Shown: positions 17,921-27,884, numbered from the stretch's first letter. The stretch: DNA of 64,000 nt from Lachnospiraceae bacterium (GCA_017513005.1 JAFWDM010000045.1:7388-71387); one strand, 5' to 3'. The notes: generated from the letters alone by a model not told the origin. Program-made: numbers and translations.

Positions 17921-18511
17921 ATGGGACGAACAAATCAGATCATCATCACGATCGGGAGACAGTATGGCAGCGGCGGACAGGAGATCGGAGAAAAGGTTGC
18001 GAAAAGACTCGGAATCGGGTTTTATGACAAAAATCTCATTGGGGAAGCGGCCAGAAAGTCCGGGCTTCCTGCGGAGATCCTGGACAGAAGTGACGAGAGG
18101 ACTCCCAATACCTTTCTGGCGGGCTACATTACGACGGAGGAGGACCAGGTCTTCTCCGCCCAGAGCGATGTCCTTCGTTCCAAAGCGGACTCCGAATCCT
18201 TTGTAGTCGTAGGCAGATGTGCAGATTACATATTAAAAGGACTGGCGGATACACTGAATGTTTTTATCTATGCGCCGAAAAGAGAGAGAATGAAGCGCGT
18301 AAAGGACTATTTGAGGACAAATGACGAGTGGACAGTGCGGCGTGCGATCGATCAGACAGACGGAAAACGCAAAAACTACTACAATTATTTCAGCGGTGAA
18401 CAGTGGGGCAGTCCGGAAAGCTATCATCTGATGATCGACAGCAGTCTGCTGGGGATCGACGGGACAGTGGACCTGATCGTAGATGCGGCGAGAGCGTATT
18501 TCAGGGCGTGA
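17921..18511 (+). CDS. Cytidylate kinase-like family protein
   Basis: IITIGRQYGSGG, VVVGRCADYIL and YHLMIDSS motifs. Confidence 0.85.
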   Translation: MGRTNQIIITIGRQYGSGGQEIGEKVAKRLGIGFYDKNLIGEAARKSGLPAEILDRSDERTPNTFLAGYITTEEDQVFSAQSDVLRSKADSESFVVVGRCADYILKGLADTLNVFIYAPKRERMKRVKDYLRTNDEWTVRRAIDQTDGKRKNYYNYFSGEQWGSPESYHLMIDSSLLGIDGTVDLIVDAARAYFRA

Positions 18512-18579
18512 CGGGTCTCGAGTGAGGTATGCAGCGGGCGGGTGACTGAGCAGCATCGTGGAAGCAGGAGGGGACGTGT

Positions 18580-19842
18580 ATGAAAATCAATGTCGGGGAA
18601 TCTTCCGCAGAAGAGGTCCTGGACTATTATCTGCACCAAATCGAGGAGGAGGCCGGGAGTGCTCATAAGGAGGGAAGGCTGGTGTGCTGGTCTGCTGCGC
18701 TTGCGCCTGCTGAATTCTGTGAAGCGATGGATGTTTCGGTCGTTTATCCGGAGATACATGCCGCAGTCTTTGCCTCGGGGAAAGGTAATACGGGGCTGTT
18801 AGAGGCTGCGGCAAGAAAGGGCTATGGCAGAGGGCTTTGTTCCTGCGCAAGGAACAGTATTGGTTTTATGGAGATGTTGAAACAGAGAACAGCCTTTGGC
18901 AGTGCGCCGGAGGCTTTGCAGGAATCCGGGGCAGCGAGAGTATCGCTGCCTGATTTTGTCTTTGTCTGCAATAACATCTGTGATGCAGTTTTAAAATGGT
19001 ATGAGGCCCTGGCCCGGGAACTTGCGATTCCCTGCATCATTCTGGATGTCCCCTATAACCACACTATGCCGGTTTCCCGGCACAACAAGGAGTATTTGGC
19101 TGCCCAGTTTCTCGATGTGGTCAAAAAGCTTGAGAGGATCTGTAAAAAGCCTTTTGACTATGAAAAATTTTATCAAGCCCAGGTACAGACGCAGCGGACG
19201 GTGTACCAGTGGAAGAGGGTCGCTGCGCTTGCCTTCCGGAAACCGTCCCCCCTGAATGGATTTGACCTGTTCAAATATATGGAAATAGTTGTCATGTGCC
19301 GGCCCAAAATGGCGGGGGAGATCGTTTTAAGAAAGTTTGCAGACGAACTTGAGGCGGACGCAGCCGGCGGACGTTTTGCCTATGGAGAAGCGGGAGAGGA
19401 GAAATACCGGGTAACCTGGGAAGGAAATGCTGTATGGCCGTTTTTCAATCTGACAGGCAGGACGTTCAAAGAGACAGGCAGCCTCCTGGCAGGCGCCGGT
19501 GTTCCGGGCATGTGGAATATTACCTATATTCCGGGGGATCTTGCATCTATGGCGGAGGCCTACAGCAGCATATATCTCAATTGCGGCGCTCCTTACAGAT
19601 ACGAGGAGCTGTGTAGAATTGTGGAGAGTTCTCAGAGTGAGGGGATCGTTTTTCATATTGATCATTCCTGTAAGATCGCGTCTTTCCTGCATCGGGAAGG
19701 CGCGGAATATGTTCAGGACAGGAACGGGGTTCCGTTTACATACTTTGACGGTGACCAGGCAGATCCGGAAGTATTTACCGGAGCGCAGTTCGAGAACCGC
19801 CTCAGGGAATTGACGGAAAAAATGGAAATCAGAAAGAGCTGA
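18580..19842 (+). CDS. lcdA: 2-hydroxyacyl-CoA dehydratase alpha subunit, lactoyl-CoA dehydratase-like
   Basis: VCWSA, YPE, CNNIC, PSPLNGFDLF, WEGNAVWP, SCK and DGDQADP. From recall it resembles clostridial LcdA; the three 4Fe-4S Cys ligands and the catalytic Glu appear retained. Confidence 0.8.
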   Translation: MKINVGESSAEEVLDYYLHQIEEEAGSAHKEGRLVCWSAALAPAEFCEAMDVSVVYPEIHAAVFASGKGNTGLLEAAARKGYGRGLCSCARNSIGFMEMLKQRTAFGSAPEALQESGAARVSLPDFVFVCNNICDAVLKWYEALARELAIPCIILDVPYNHTMPVSRHNKEYLAAQFLDVVKKLERICKKPFDYEKFYQAQVQTQRTVYQWKRVAALAFRKPSPLNGFDLFKYMEIVVMCRPKMAGEIVLRKFADELEADAAGGRFAYGEAGEEKYRVTWEGNAVWPFFNLTGRTFKETGSLLAGAGVPGMWNITYIPGDLASMAEAYSSIYLNCGAPYRYEELCRIVESSQSEGIVFHIDHSCKIASFLHREGAEYVQDRNGVPFTYFDGDQADPEVFTGAQFENRLRELTEKMEIRKS

Positions 19843-19884
19843 ATAAATCCGGAGACCGGCCGAAAGACCAGAGGGGAGAAATGA

Positions 19885-21015
19885 GTGAGGACAATTCCGA
19901 AGATTATGAATGATTTTAAGCAGTGTATTGCCAGCCCCGCGAGAACGATCCTGCGGTACAGGGAAAGGACAGGGAAAGGTGTGGTCGGTGTCATGCCGGT
20001 CTATTGCCCGGAGGAAATCATTCATGCGGCCGGATTCCTTCCTCTGGGCATATGGGGCTCCCCGAATATCAGTATCACAAAGACCCGGGCTGCCTGGCCA
20101 TCCTTTGTATGTTCTGTTGCGCAGTCGATTACGGAACTGGAAGCCCTCGGTGCATACAGGGATCTGGACGCAGTGGTTTTCTCTGTACCCTGCGACACAT
20201 TAAAATGTCTCAGCCAGAAATGGGACTCCTCCGGCGTTCCCGCGATCGTATTTACACACCCGCAGAACAGGAGAGACTCCGAACAGGCCGCCTGTGCTTT
20301 TGCCAGAGAGGAGTATCGAATCGTGAAGGAAAAGCTGGAAGCGCTTCTTCGTGTAAGCATTTCGACCGATGCGCTGAAGGCCAGTATCCGTATTTACAAT
20401 GAAAACAGGGCCGCCTGCCGGGCCTTTTCGGATGCCTGTGCGCAGTATGCAGGGCTCATAAAGCCATCCTGGAGGCACACGGTTTTCAGAGCGCGCTGGT
20501 TTATGGAGAAGAGTGCGCACACGGCCCTTGTCAATGAACTTATGGAGGCTGTCAGGGCAGAACCCCTCCCGGACTTTCAAGGCAGGAAGATCCTGGTTTC
20601 CGGAATCATGACGGAGCCGGAGGAAGTCCTCCATATTCTTGAAGAAAATGGTTTTGCAATCGCCGCAGATGACCTGGCCCAGGAGTCCAGGCAGATCCGT
20701 GAAGATGTTCCGGATGATGCAGATCCTCTTTTGGCGCTGGCAAGGCAATGGATCCGTTTCGATGGCTGCCCGCTGGCATTTAATGAGCGTAAACCCAGGG
20801 CCAGGATGCTCATTGACACGGCAAAAAAATACGGTGCGGATGCAGTGATCGTCTGTATGCCGAAACACTGCGATCCCGAAGCCTTCGATTATCCGATTCT
20901 GCTCCGGGAATTCAGGGCGGAAGGCATGAAGAGCCTGTGTGTGGAGACAGACCCGGGAACTACTTCCTTTGAGCAGATCGGGACCAGGATCCAGACATTT
21001 GCGGAGCTCCTGTAG
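19885..21015 (+). CDS. lcdB: 2-hydroxyacyl-CoA dehydratase beta subunit, lactoyl-CoA dehydratase-like
   Basis: TGKGVVGVMPVYCPEE, VFSVPCDTLKCLSQKW, VFTHPQNR, DDLAQESRQIR and CDPE. From recall it resembles clostridial LcdB closely. Confidence 0.85.
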   Translation: MRTIPKIMNDFKQCIASPARTILRYRERTGKGVVGVMPVYCPEEIIHAAGFLPLGIWGSPNISITKTRAAWPSFVCSVAQSITELEALGAYRDLDAVVFSVPCDTLKCLSQKWDSSGVPAIVFTHPQNRRDSEQAACAFAREEYRIVKEKLEALLRVSISTDALKASIRIYNENRAACRAFSDACAQYAGLIKPSWRHTVFRARWFMEKSAHTALVNELMEAVRAEPLPDFQGRKILVSGIMTEPEEVLHILEENGFAIAADDLAQESRQIREDVPDDADPLLALARQWIRFDGCPLAFNERKPRARMLIDTAKKYGADAVIVCMPKHCDPEAFDYPILLREFRAEGMKSLCVETDPGTTSFEQIGTRIQTFAELL

Positions 21016-21135
21016 GCGAGCCGGGAAAAAGGAGATTTGTCTTTGGTTTGTGCATTTCTTTCATAATAAAGAAAAACTTGCGGCAGAATGCGCCGGTGCT
21101 CCGGACCGGGACTGTGTGCAGGAAAGAGGTCAATT

Positions 21136-22104
21136 ATGAGAAAGAGCAGAGATCTCACAGGAAGGCGCTTTGGAAAACTGACTGCAGTCGAGCCTACAGG
21201 AGAACAGAAAAACGGATACACCATATGGTCCTGTATATGTGACTGCGGCAATGTAGTGCGCGCGCCATCGAGATATTTGAAATACGGCTGGGTGACATCC
21301 TGTGGCTGTCAGGAAAAGAAGCCGCGGTATGAAGACCTGACCGGGAAGCGTTTCGGGAAACTGGTCGTAGTATCCAAAGCAGAGGGGCACGACGAGAGAG
21401 GGAGACTTCTCTGGAACTGTGTCTGTGACTGCGGAAATACGATCGTCACGCCGGGCGGGCAGCTGCGCGGCGGATACAGGAAGAGCTGCGGATGCCTGAG
21501 CAGGCCTCCGCTGAAGGATCTGACCGGGAAGGTTTTCGGGAACCTGACGGTGATTGCGTATGATGGAAAGCGCGACAGAAAGCACTACTGGAAATGCGTG
21601 TGCAAATGCGGGAAGGAGACATCTGTCTGCCAGTACAGTCTGACGAGCGGGCATACCACCAGCTGCGGCTGTATGAACAGGCCCTCCGAAACGAAACATT
21701 TTGTGGAAGGAACCTGCATAGAGAATATCCGCAGCAGAAAAGTGCCGAAAAACAATACCAGCGGGATCCGGGGAGTATACAAATCCGTGCGCAGCGGAAA
21801 GTGGTGCGCACAGATCACTTTCCAGGGAAAGACGAGGTATCTGGGCTGTTACAGCACATTGGAAGAGGCGGAAAAAGCGCGGAAAAGCGGGGAGAAGCTC
21901 TTTGATGAGTTTCTGGCGCGTTACGATGCAGAACATGAAAATGCACAGGAGAAGGCCGGGCACGAACAAAAACAGGACGGGCGTGTACAGGTGCAGGTTG
22001 AAGATGCATTGGAGCAGACCGAACGCGTCCGGAACCAGGTTCATAAGGAGATGAGGACGGGTGTGCAGAGAATGCGCAGGAAAAAAAGCATGCAGTATGC
22101 GTAG
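21136..22104 (+). CDS. Protein with three Cys-rich DLTGxxFGxL repeats and a C-terminal AP2 DNA-binding domain
   Basis: Three ~60-aa units (DLTG.RFG.L...W.C.C.CG...SCGC) followed by NNTSGIRGV...W.AQI.FQGKT.YLG.Y...EEA..AR. ATG 21136 follows RBS agagg. Confidence 0.8.
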   Translation: MRKSRDLTGRRFGKLTAVEPTGEQKNGYTIWSCICDCGNVVRAPSRYLKYGWVTSCGCQEKKPRYEDLTGKRFGKLVVVSKAEGHDERGRLLWNCVCDCGNTIVTPGGQLRGGYRKSCGCLSRPPLKDLTGKVFGNLTVIAYDGKRDRKHYWKCVCKCGKETSVCQYSLTSGHTTSCGCMNRPSETKHFVEGTCIENIRSRKVPKNNTSGIRGVYKSVRSGKWCAQITFQGKTRYLGCYSTLEEAEKARKSGEKLFDEFLARYDAEHENAQEKAGHEQKQDGRVQVQVEDALEQTERVRNQVHKEMRTGVQRMRRKKSMQYA

Positions 22105-22165
22105 AGTATGAGAAAAGAAGAACCACTTCGCAGAAGAGAATAATAACCGGGGAAAGGAGGGAAAT

Positions 22166-23446
22166 ATGAGAGAATTCCAGCTTCCTTACGGAAAATCAAA
22201 ACAGATCCTGATGGTTGATGACCGTCATCTTGCAGGCGCACTGCAGTCCGGGCTGCATGACTATCAGCCGGAGAAGGACGGGAGCGCGCTGGTGCAGGAG
22301 GCGCTTGAAAACCCGATCGGTTCACCGAGGCTGTGTGATCTGGCCGTCGGCAAAAAGAAGGTCGTCGTGATCTCTTCCGACCATACACGCCCTGTTCCCA
22401 GCCAGATCATGATGCCCCTGATCCTGAAAGAGATCCGTCTGAAGAATCCGGATGCCGACATCACGATCCTGGTCTCGACAGGGCTCCATCGTCCGACTAC
22501 CCGACAGGAACTTCTGGAGAGATATGGAGAAGAGATATTCAGGAATGAAAAAATCGTAGTTCACGACTGTGACGACGAGGAAAATCTTGTCTCGATCGGG
22601 AGGCTGCCGTCCGGAGGGAACCTGATCGTAAACAGGATCGCCGCCTTTGCCGATCTCCTTGTGGGCGAGGGCTTTATCGAGCCTCACTTTTTCGCGGGGT
22701 TTTCCGGCGGAAGGAAAAGCGTGCTTCCCGGGATCGCAAGCCGGGAAACGGTCATGTACAACCACAATGCAAACTTTATCGCCAGCCCCTATGCGCGTAC
22801 CGGTGTGCTCGACGGCAACCCGGTACACAATGACATGCTCTATGCCGCGCGAGCCATCCGGCTGGCTTTTATCGTCAATGTCGTGATCGATGCCGCACAT
22901 GAACCTGTATACGCCGTTGCCGGTGACTGTGATCTGGCCCACCGTGCCGGAACGGATTTTCTGGCTTCCAAATGCCGGGTCGATGCCGTTCCCGCGGACA
23001 TCGCTGTCACCACTAACGGAGGGTATCCTCTGGACCAGAATATCTACCAGGCTGTCAAAGGAATGACCGCAGCGGAAGCGACTGTCAAAAAGGATGGCGT
23101 GATCGTCATGCTGTCCCGTGCAAACGACGGGGACGGGGGCAGATCCTTCCATGAAACCTTCAAAAATGAGCGGAATCTGCAGGTTATGATGAATGGATTT
23201 CTGGAGACATTGCCGGAGAATACCATCATTGACCAGTGGCAGTCACAGATCCTCTGCCGGGTCTTAATGAAAGCTAAGGTGATTTTTGTCTCCGACTGTG
23301 ATGACCGCACGGTAGAGGAAATGCACATGATCCCGGCCAGAAACGTAGAAGAGGCGATGGAGATCGCTGTCGCGCTTACAGGGAAGGATGACTATACCGT
23401 TACAGTCATTCCGGACGGGGTAGGTGTGATCGTAAGGAATTTGTAA
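22166..23446 (+). CDS. larA: Nickel-pincer lactate racemase family protein
   Basis: SDHTRPVP, TGLHR, EPHFFAGFSGGRKS, TNGGYPLDQNIYQAVKG and IPDG motifs. Confidence 0.92.
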   Translation: MREFQLPYGKSKQILMVDDRHLAGALQSGLHDYQPEKDGSALVQEALENPIGSPRLCDLAVGKKKVVVISSDHTRPVPSQIMMPLILKEIRLKNPDADITILVSTGLHRPTTRQELLERYGEEIFRNEKIVVHDCDDEENLVSIGRLPSGGNLIVNRIAAFADLLVGEGFIEPHFFAGFSGGRKSVLPGIASRETVMYNHNANFIASPYARTGVLDGNPVHNDMLYAARAIRLAFIVNVVIDAAHEPVYAVAGDCDLAHRAGTDFLASKCRVDAVPADIAVTTNGGYPLDQNIYQAVKGMTAAEATVKKDGVIVMLSRANDGDGGRSFHETFKNERNLQVMMNGFLETLPENTIIDQWQSQILCRVLMKAKVIFVSDCDDRTVEEMHMIPARNVEEAMEIAVALTGKDDYTVTVIPDGVGVIVRNL

Positions 23447-23480
23447 AAACACAGGCTGCCTCGCAAACCTTTGTGCCACG

Positions 23481-23520
23481 CAAAACCGCTTTCAGGTATT
23501 GTGCCTGAAAGCAGTTTTTG
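23481..23520 (+). terminator. Intrinsic terminator after larA
   Basis: caaaaccgctttcagg / cctgaaagcagtttttg stem ending in a T-tract. Confidence 0.65.
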
Positions 23521-23741
23521 CATTTGTGGATCCTCTTGCGGGACTGGCATGGGTACACTTTTTATGAAGAGGAATGTGGCAGATGGGAGATGGGCAGGAA
23601 ATATTATAAACGTAATAGCGATACCATATGCACAAATAATTAATAAAAGCAGATAATTTTGCTATACTCCACCATTATATCGGACAATTATAGACATGAT
23701 TTCGTAAACACGAACAAGATTTTCATCAGGAGGAGGCAGTT

Positions 23742-24230
23742 ATGGCCTGTATCAATCAAGCCGCGCTGACCAGAATCTACGAGATCTGTGACAGCTACGC
23801 GGACGAAAAAACGCCGCTGATCATGATTCTCAGCGACATACAAAAGGAATTCGGTTATATCCCTGTCGATGTGCAGGAAGCCGTCTCGGAGTACACAGAA
23901 ATACCTGTTCCGGAGATTCACGGTGTCGTGACGTTCTACTCCTTTTTTTCGCAGGTCCCGAAAGGGAAATATGTCATTGGATGCTGCCTGGGAACGGCAT
24001 GTTACGTCAAGGGTGCCGGGCGGATCATCGACCAGTTCTCAGAGATCCTGGGCATCGAGCCGGGCGGGACGACCGGGGACGGGCTTTTCTCCATCGATGC
24101 CCTGCGCTGTCTGGGCGCCTGCGCGGCAGCTCCCGCCGTGACGATCAACGGCAGGATCCACTCCCGCGTCAGGGCAAACCAGGTGGCCGGCATCATCGCC
24201 CGATACCGCGATTCGGGAGGTGAGCAATGA
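23742..24230 (+). CDS. hydC: [FeFe]-hydrogenase gamma subunit (NuoE-like 2Fe-2S)
   Basis: CLGTAC and CLGAC 2Fe-2S ligands, RBS ggagg, and position as first gene of the hyd trio. Confidence 0.88.
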   Translation: MACINQAALTRIYEICDSYADEKTPLIMILSDIQKEFGYIPVDVQEAVSEYTEIPVPEIHGVVTFYSFFSQVPKGKYVIGCCLGTACYVKGAGRIIDQFSEILGIEPGGTTGDGLFSIDALRCLGACAAAPAVTINGRIHSRVRANQVAGIIARYRDSGGEQ

Positions 24231-26095
24231 TGTACAACAGCTGTGAAGATCTGAGAAAAAATGCTGCCCGTTATTCGGCAGCGTTGAAAGCGAAATTCAG
24301 CGGAACAGACGGCAGAAAGCATATCTGCCTCTGCGGCGGTACGGGCTGCATGTCCGGCGGAACCCGGGAGATCAAAGAGCGCTTCGAGGAATGTCTGGAG
24401 AACTTTCAGCTGACAGAGAAGGCAGAGATCCGTGTAGTCGGATGCTTTGGACTGTGCTCCCAGGGGCCGTTTGTACGAATCTATCCGGAGGATGTCACCT
24501 ATTGTCTGGTCTCTGAATCCGACATTGAGGAAATCGTAGTCAAAGATATCCGCGACGGCGTGATCGTGGAGCGTCTGGTCTATGAGAACCCGGACACAGG
24601 CGAGAAGATCAGAAAACTGGAGGACTTTACTTTCTACAAAAAACAGAAGCGCATCGCCCTTCATGGCTGCGGTGTGATCGACCCCGACAATATCGAGGAG
24701 GCACTGGGAATGGAGGGCTTCGAGGGACTGATGAAGGCGCTCTCCATGTCTCCGGAAGAGGTCTGGCAGGCTGTCCTGGATTCGGGTCTGCGCGGACGCG
24801 GGGGCGGCGGGTTCCCTACCGGCCTGAAGTGGAAGTTCGCAGCCGCTTCCGACAGCGATGAAAAGTATGTCGTCTGTAACGGAGACGAGGGCGATCCGGG
24901 GGCCTTCATGGACCGTTCCATTCTGGAGGATAATCCGCTGGCGGTCATCGAAGGAATGGCGATCGCAGGATATGCCATCGGTGCGCAGCAGGGCTATTTC
25001 TATATCCGCGCCGAGTATCCCGTTGCCGTGCGCCGCGTGCGCGCTGCGATCAAAATGGCCGAGGAGCGGGGGCTTCTGGGCAATGACATTCTGGGAACAG
25101 GTTTTGACTTTCACGCACACGTCCGCCTGGGCGCAGGGGCCTTTGTCTGCGGCGAGGAGACAGGTCTGTTGAATTCCATCATGGGACAGCGCGGCATGCC
25201 CCGTTCCCGCCCGCCCTTTCCGGCTGTGTCCGGCCTGTGGGGAAAACCGACGATCGTCAACAATGTGGAGACCCTGGCCACTGTTCCCTATATTCTCCGC
25301 CACGGCACGAAGGACTTCCGGTCATATGGCACCGAAAAAAGTCCGGGCACCAAGGTCTTCTGTCTGGGCGGTAAAGTCAACAATGTCGGCCTGGTGGAGA
25401 TCCCCATGGGAGTCACTCTGCGGGAACTGGTCTATGACATCGGCGGCGGCATTCAGAACGGCAGGAAGTTCAAGGCCATTCAGACGGGCGGCCCGTCCGG
25501 CGGTTCCCTGCCGACAGCCGCTCTGGATACCCCCATTGATTTTGACAATATGGTTGCTGCCGGCTCCATGATGGGCTCGGGCGGCGCCATTGTCATGGAC
25601 GAGGATAACTGCATGGTGGATGTTGCCAGGTTCTACATGGGCTTTATCCGGGATGAGAGCTGCGGCAAGTGTGCGCCCTGCCGGATCGGTACGAAACGAA
25701 TGCTGGAGGTTCTCGACCGCATCACGGACGGGCACGGCACGATGCAGGATTTCGACGAGCTCGAAGAGCTGGCTGCTATCTGCCGCACCAATTCACTCTG
25801 TGCGCTGGGGCAGACGGCCGCAAACCCCATCCAGTCGACTATATACAATTTCCGCGACGAATACATCGCCCATGTGGTAGACAAAAAATGTCCGGCGCAT
25901 GTCTGTAAGGGGCTGGTCCGGTATTCCATAGATCCGGAGCTGTGCAGGATGTGTTCGGCCTGTTCGCGCGTCTGTCCCGTGGAGGTGATCTCCGGTACTC
26001 CGGGCAAAACAACGTTCGTGATTGATCAGGAAAAGTGCATCAAATGCGGCACCTGTGTCGATGCCTGCCAGTTCAATGCGATCATTGTGGAGTGA
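24227..26095 (+). CDS. hydB: [FeFe]-hydrogenase beta (diaphorase, NuoF-like) subunit
   Basis: N-terminal thioredoxin-like 2Fe-2S domain, GLRGRGGGGFP, CNGDEGDPGAFMDR, GAGAFVCGEET, GGPSGG, CGKCAPCRIG and C-terminal 2x[4Fe-4S]. Confidence 0.92.
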   Translation: MMYNSCEDLRKNAARYSAALKAKFSGTDGRKHICLCGGTGCMSGGTREIKERFEECLENFQLTEKAEIRVVGCFGLCSQGPFVRIYPEDVTYCLVSESDIEEIVVKDIRDGVIVERLVYENPDTGEKIRKLEDFTFYKKQKRIALHGCGVIDPDNIEEALGMEGFEGLMKALSMSPEEVWQAVLDSGLRGRGGGGFPTGLKWKFAAASDSDEKYVVCNGDEGDPGAFMDRSILEDNPLAVIEGMAIAGYAIGAQQGYFYIRAEYPVAVRRVRAAIKMAEERGLLGNDILGTGFDFHAHVRLGAGAFVCGEETGLLNSIMGQRGMPRSRPPFPAVSGLWGKPTIVNNVETLATVPYILRHGTKDFRSYGTEKSPGTKVFCLGGKVNNVGLVEIPMGVTLRELVYDIGGGIQNGRKFKAIQTGGPSGGSLPTAALDTPIDFDNMVAAGSMMGSGGAIVMDEDNCMVDVARFYMGFIRDESCGKCAPCRIGTKRMLEVLDRITDGHGTMQDFDELEELAAICRTNSLCALGQTAANPIQSTIYNFRDEYIAHVVDKKCPAHVCKGLVRYSIDPELCRMCSACSRVCPVEVISGTPGKTTFVIDQEKCIKCGTCVDACQFNAIIVE

Positions 26096-26108
26096 GGGAG
26101 GGAAAACC

Positions 26109-27884
26109 ATGAGAAAAATAAAAATAAAGATCGAAGGTGTCCCTTACGAAGTAGAGGAGGGGAACACTATTCTGCAGGCAGCCCGGCAGTGCGGCTATGA
26201 GATCCCGACATTGTGTTCCTTTCATGACGGGGAGTGCAGCCAGGGTTCCTGCCGCGTCTGTCTGGTGGAGGCCACCGGCGCCAGAGGACTGGTCGCGGCC
26301 TGTGTCTACCCGGTATCCGAGGGCATGGAGATCCGGATCTCCACGCCAAAGGCCCTGCGGGCCCGCCGGGACAGCGTGGAACTGATCCTGAGCAACCATG
26401 CGACAAACTGTCAGGCCTGTGATAAAAACGGAAGCTGCGAGCTGCTCCATGTGGCAAAACTCGTCGGTGCCCGGGAGAATAAGTTCAGGGGGGAGAAAAC
26501 ACCGGCGACCTATGATGACCTCACGCCGGCCATCATCCGGGACACCAGTAAATGTATTCTCTGCGGCCGCTGCATCGTGCGCTGTGAACAGGCACACGGC
26601 AGAGGAGTCCTTGGCTTTATCAACCGCGGTTTTGACACGATCGTCGGGCCTGTGGACAACATGTCGCTGGCAGAATCTCCCTGTCTGATGTGCGGACAGT
26701 GCGTGTCCGTATGTCCGACCGGCGCCCTGATGAGCAAGCCGGAGGATGAGCGCATCTACGCGGCCATGGAAGCAGGCATGCACGTGATCGTCCAGACGGC
26801 TCCGGCAGTGCGGGCAGCCCTGGGAGAGGAATTCGGCATGCCCATAGGCACACCCGTGACAGGCAAAATGACCGCAGCGCTGCGGCGCCTGGGGTTTGAA
26901 AAGGTATATGATGTGAATTTCGGTGCCGACCTGACCATCATGGAAGAGGGAACCGAGCTTCTGGGCCGCATCAAATCAGGCGGCGTACTGCCTATGATCA
27001 CCTCCTGCTCACCCGGCTGGATCAATTACGCGGAGACCTGGTATCATGACCTTTTAGGCCATGTTTCCACCTGTAAGTCCCCGCACATGATGCAGGGAGC
27101 CATTTTAAAGAGCTACTATGCACAGGTCAAGGGGATCGACCCGAAGGATATTTTCGTGGCCTCCGTCATGCCCTGCACCGCGAAAAAATTTGAGAAGGAG
27201 CGTCCGCAGCTGATGAAGGGCGGCATCAGGGACGTGGACGCGGTCATCACGACACGCGAGCTGGGCGACATGATCAAGCGGGCAGGCATTCGCTTCAGGA
27301 AGCTGCCGGACGAAGAGTACGACCAGGACATCATGGGGGATTACTCCGGAGCCGGCGTAATCTTCGGTGTCACCGGCGGCGTCATGGAAGCCGCCTGCCG
27401 GACCGCCTACTATCTGCTGGAAGGAAAAGAGCACGACCCGGTGGAATTTCGCGAGTTCCGCGGCTTTGAGGACATCCGGGAAGCCACTGTCGAGATGTGC
27501 GGTATGAAAGTTAACATGGCAGTCTGCAGCGGCATGCGCAGCGCAAGGATCCTTCTGGACCAGATCAGAGACGGCACCAGCAAGTACCACTTCATCGAAA
27601 TTATGGGCTGCCCGGGCGGGTGTGTAAACGGGGGCGGTCAGCCCTATGTCCGCCCGGCCTTCCTTCCCGACGAGGATCCGGACATCCTGGACACCTTCCG
27701 CCTCAAGCGGGCCAATGCCATTTACAGTGAGGACGAACGGCAGACTGTGCGTCAGTCGCATAACAATCCGCAGATCATCGAGCTGTACGAGAAATTCCTG
27801 GGGGAACCGAATTCCCATACAGCCCATGCACTGCTCCATACCACTTACGCCGGCAGGGAACCCTTCCGGGTGCAGGCTACCTGA
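26109..27884 (+). CDS. hydA: [FeFe]-hydrogenase catalytic alpha subunit (group A3 type)
   Basis: H-cluster motifs TSCSPGW, MPCTAKKFE and EIMGCPGGCVNGGG, plus N-terminal FeS domains. ATG 26109 follows RBS ggaggga; the ORF-track start at 26022 overlaps hydB. Confidence 0.95.
   Translation: MRKIKIKIEGVPYEVEEGNTILQAARQCGYEIPTLCSFHDGECSQGSCRVCLVEATGARGLVAACVYPVSEGMEIRISTPKALRARRDSVELILSNHATNCQACDKNGSCELLHVAKLVGARENKFRGEKTPATYDDLTPAIIRDTSKCILCGRCIVRCEQAHGRGVLGFINRGFDTIVGPVDNMSLAESPCLMCGQCVSVCPTGALMSKPEDERIYAAMEAGMHVIVQTAPAVRAALGEEFGMPIGTPVTGKMTAALRRLGFEKVYDVNFGADLTIMEEGTELLGRIKSGGVLPMITSCSPGWINYAETWYHDLLGHVSTCKSPHMMQGAILKSYYAQVKGIDPKDIFVASVMPCTAKKFEKERPQLMKGGIRDVDAVITTRELGDMIKRAGIRFRKLPDEEYDQDIMGDYSGAGVIFGVTGGVMEAACRTAYYLLEGKEHDPVEFREFRGFEDIREATVEMCGMKVNMAVCSGMRSARILLDQIRDGTSKYHFIEIMGCPGGCVNGGGQPYVRPAFLPDEDPDILDTFRLKRANAIYSEDERQTVRQSHNNPQIIELYEKFLGEPNSHTAHALLHTTYAGREPFRVQAT

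Noticed and set aside
21136-22104. Active HNH homing endonuclease or intron-encoded protein
   Set aside because: No HNH or GIY-YIG motif, and the flanking genes are intact rather than interrupted.
23560-23741. Rex operator upstream of hydC
   Set aside because: Only a half-site-like tgcacaa is present; there is no full TTGTGAA-N4-TTCACAA palindrome.
23742-26095. nuoE/nuoF of respiratory complex I
   Set aside because: The following gene has H-cluster motifs and there are no membrane nuo genes, so these are hydrogenase subunits.
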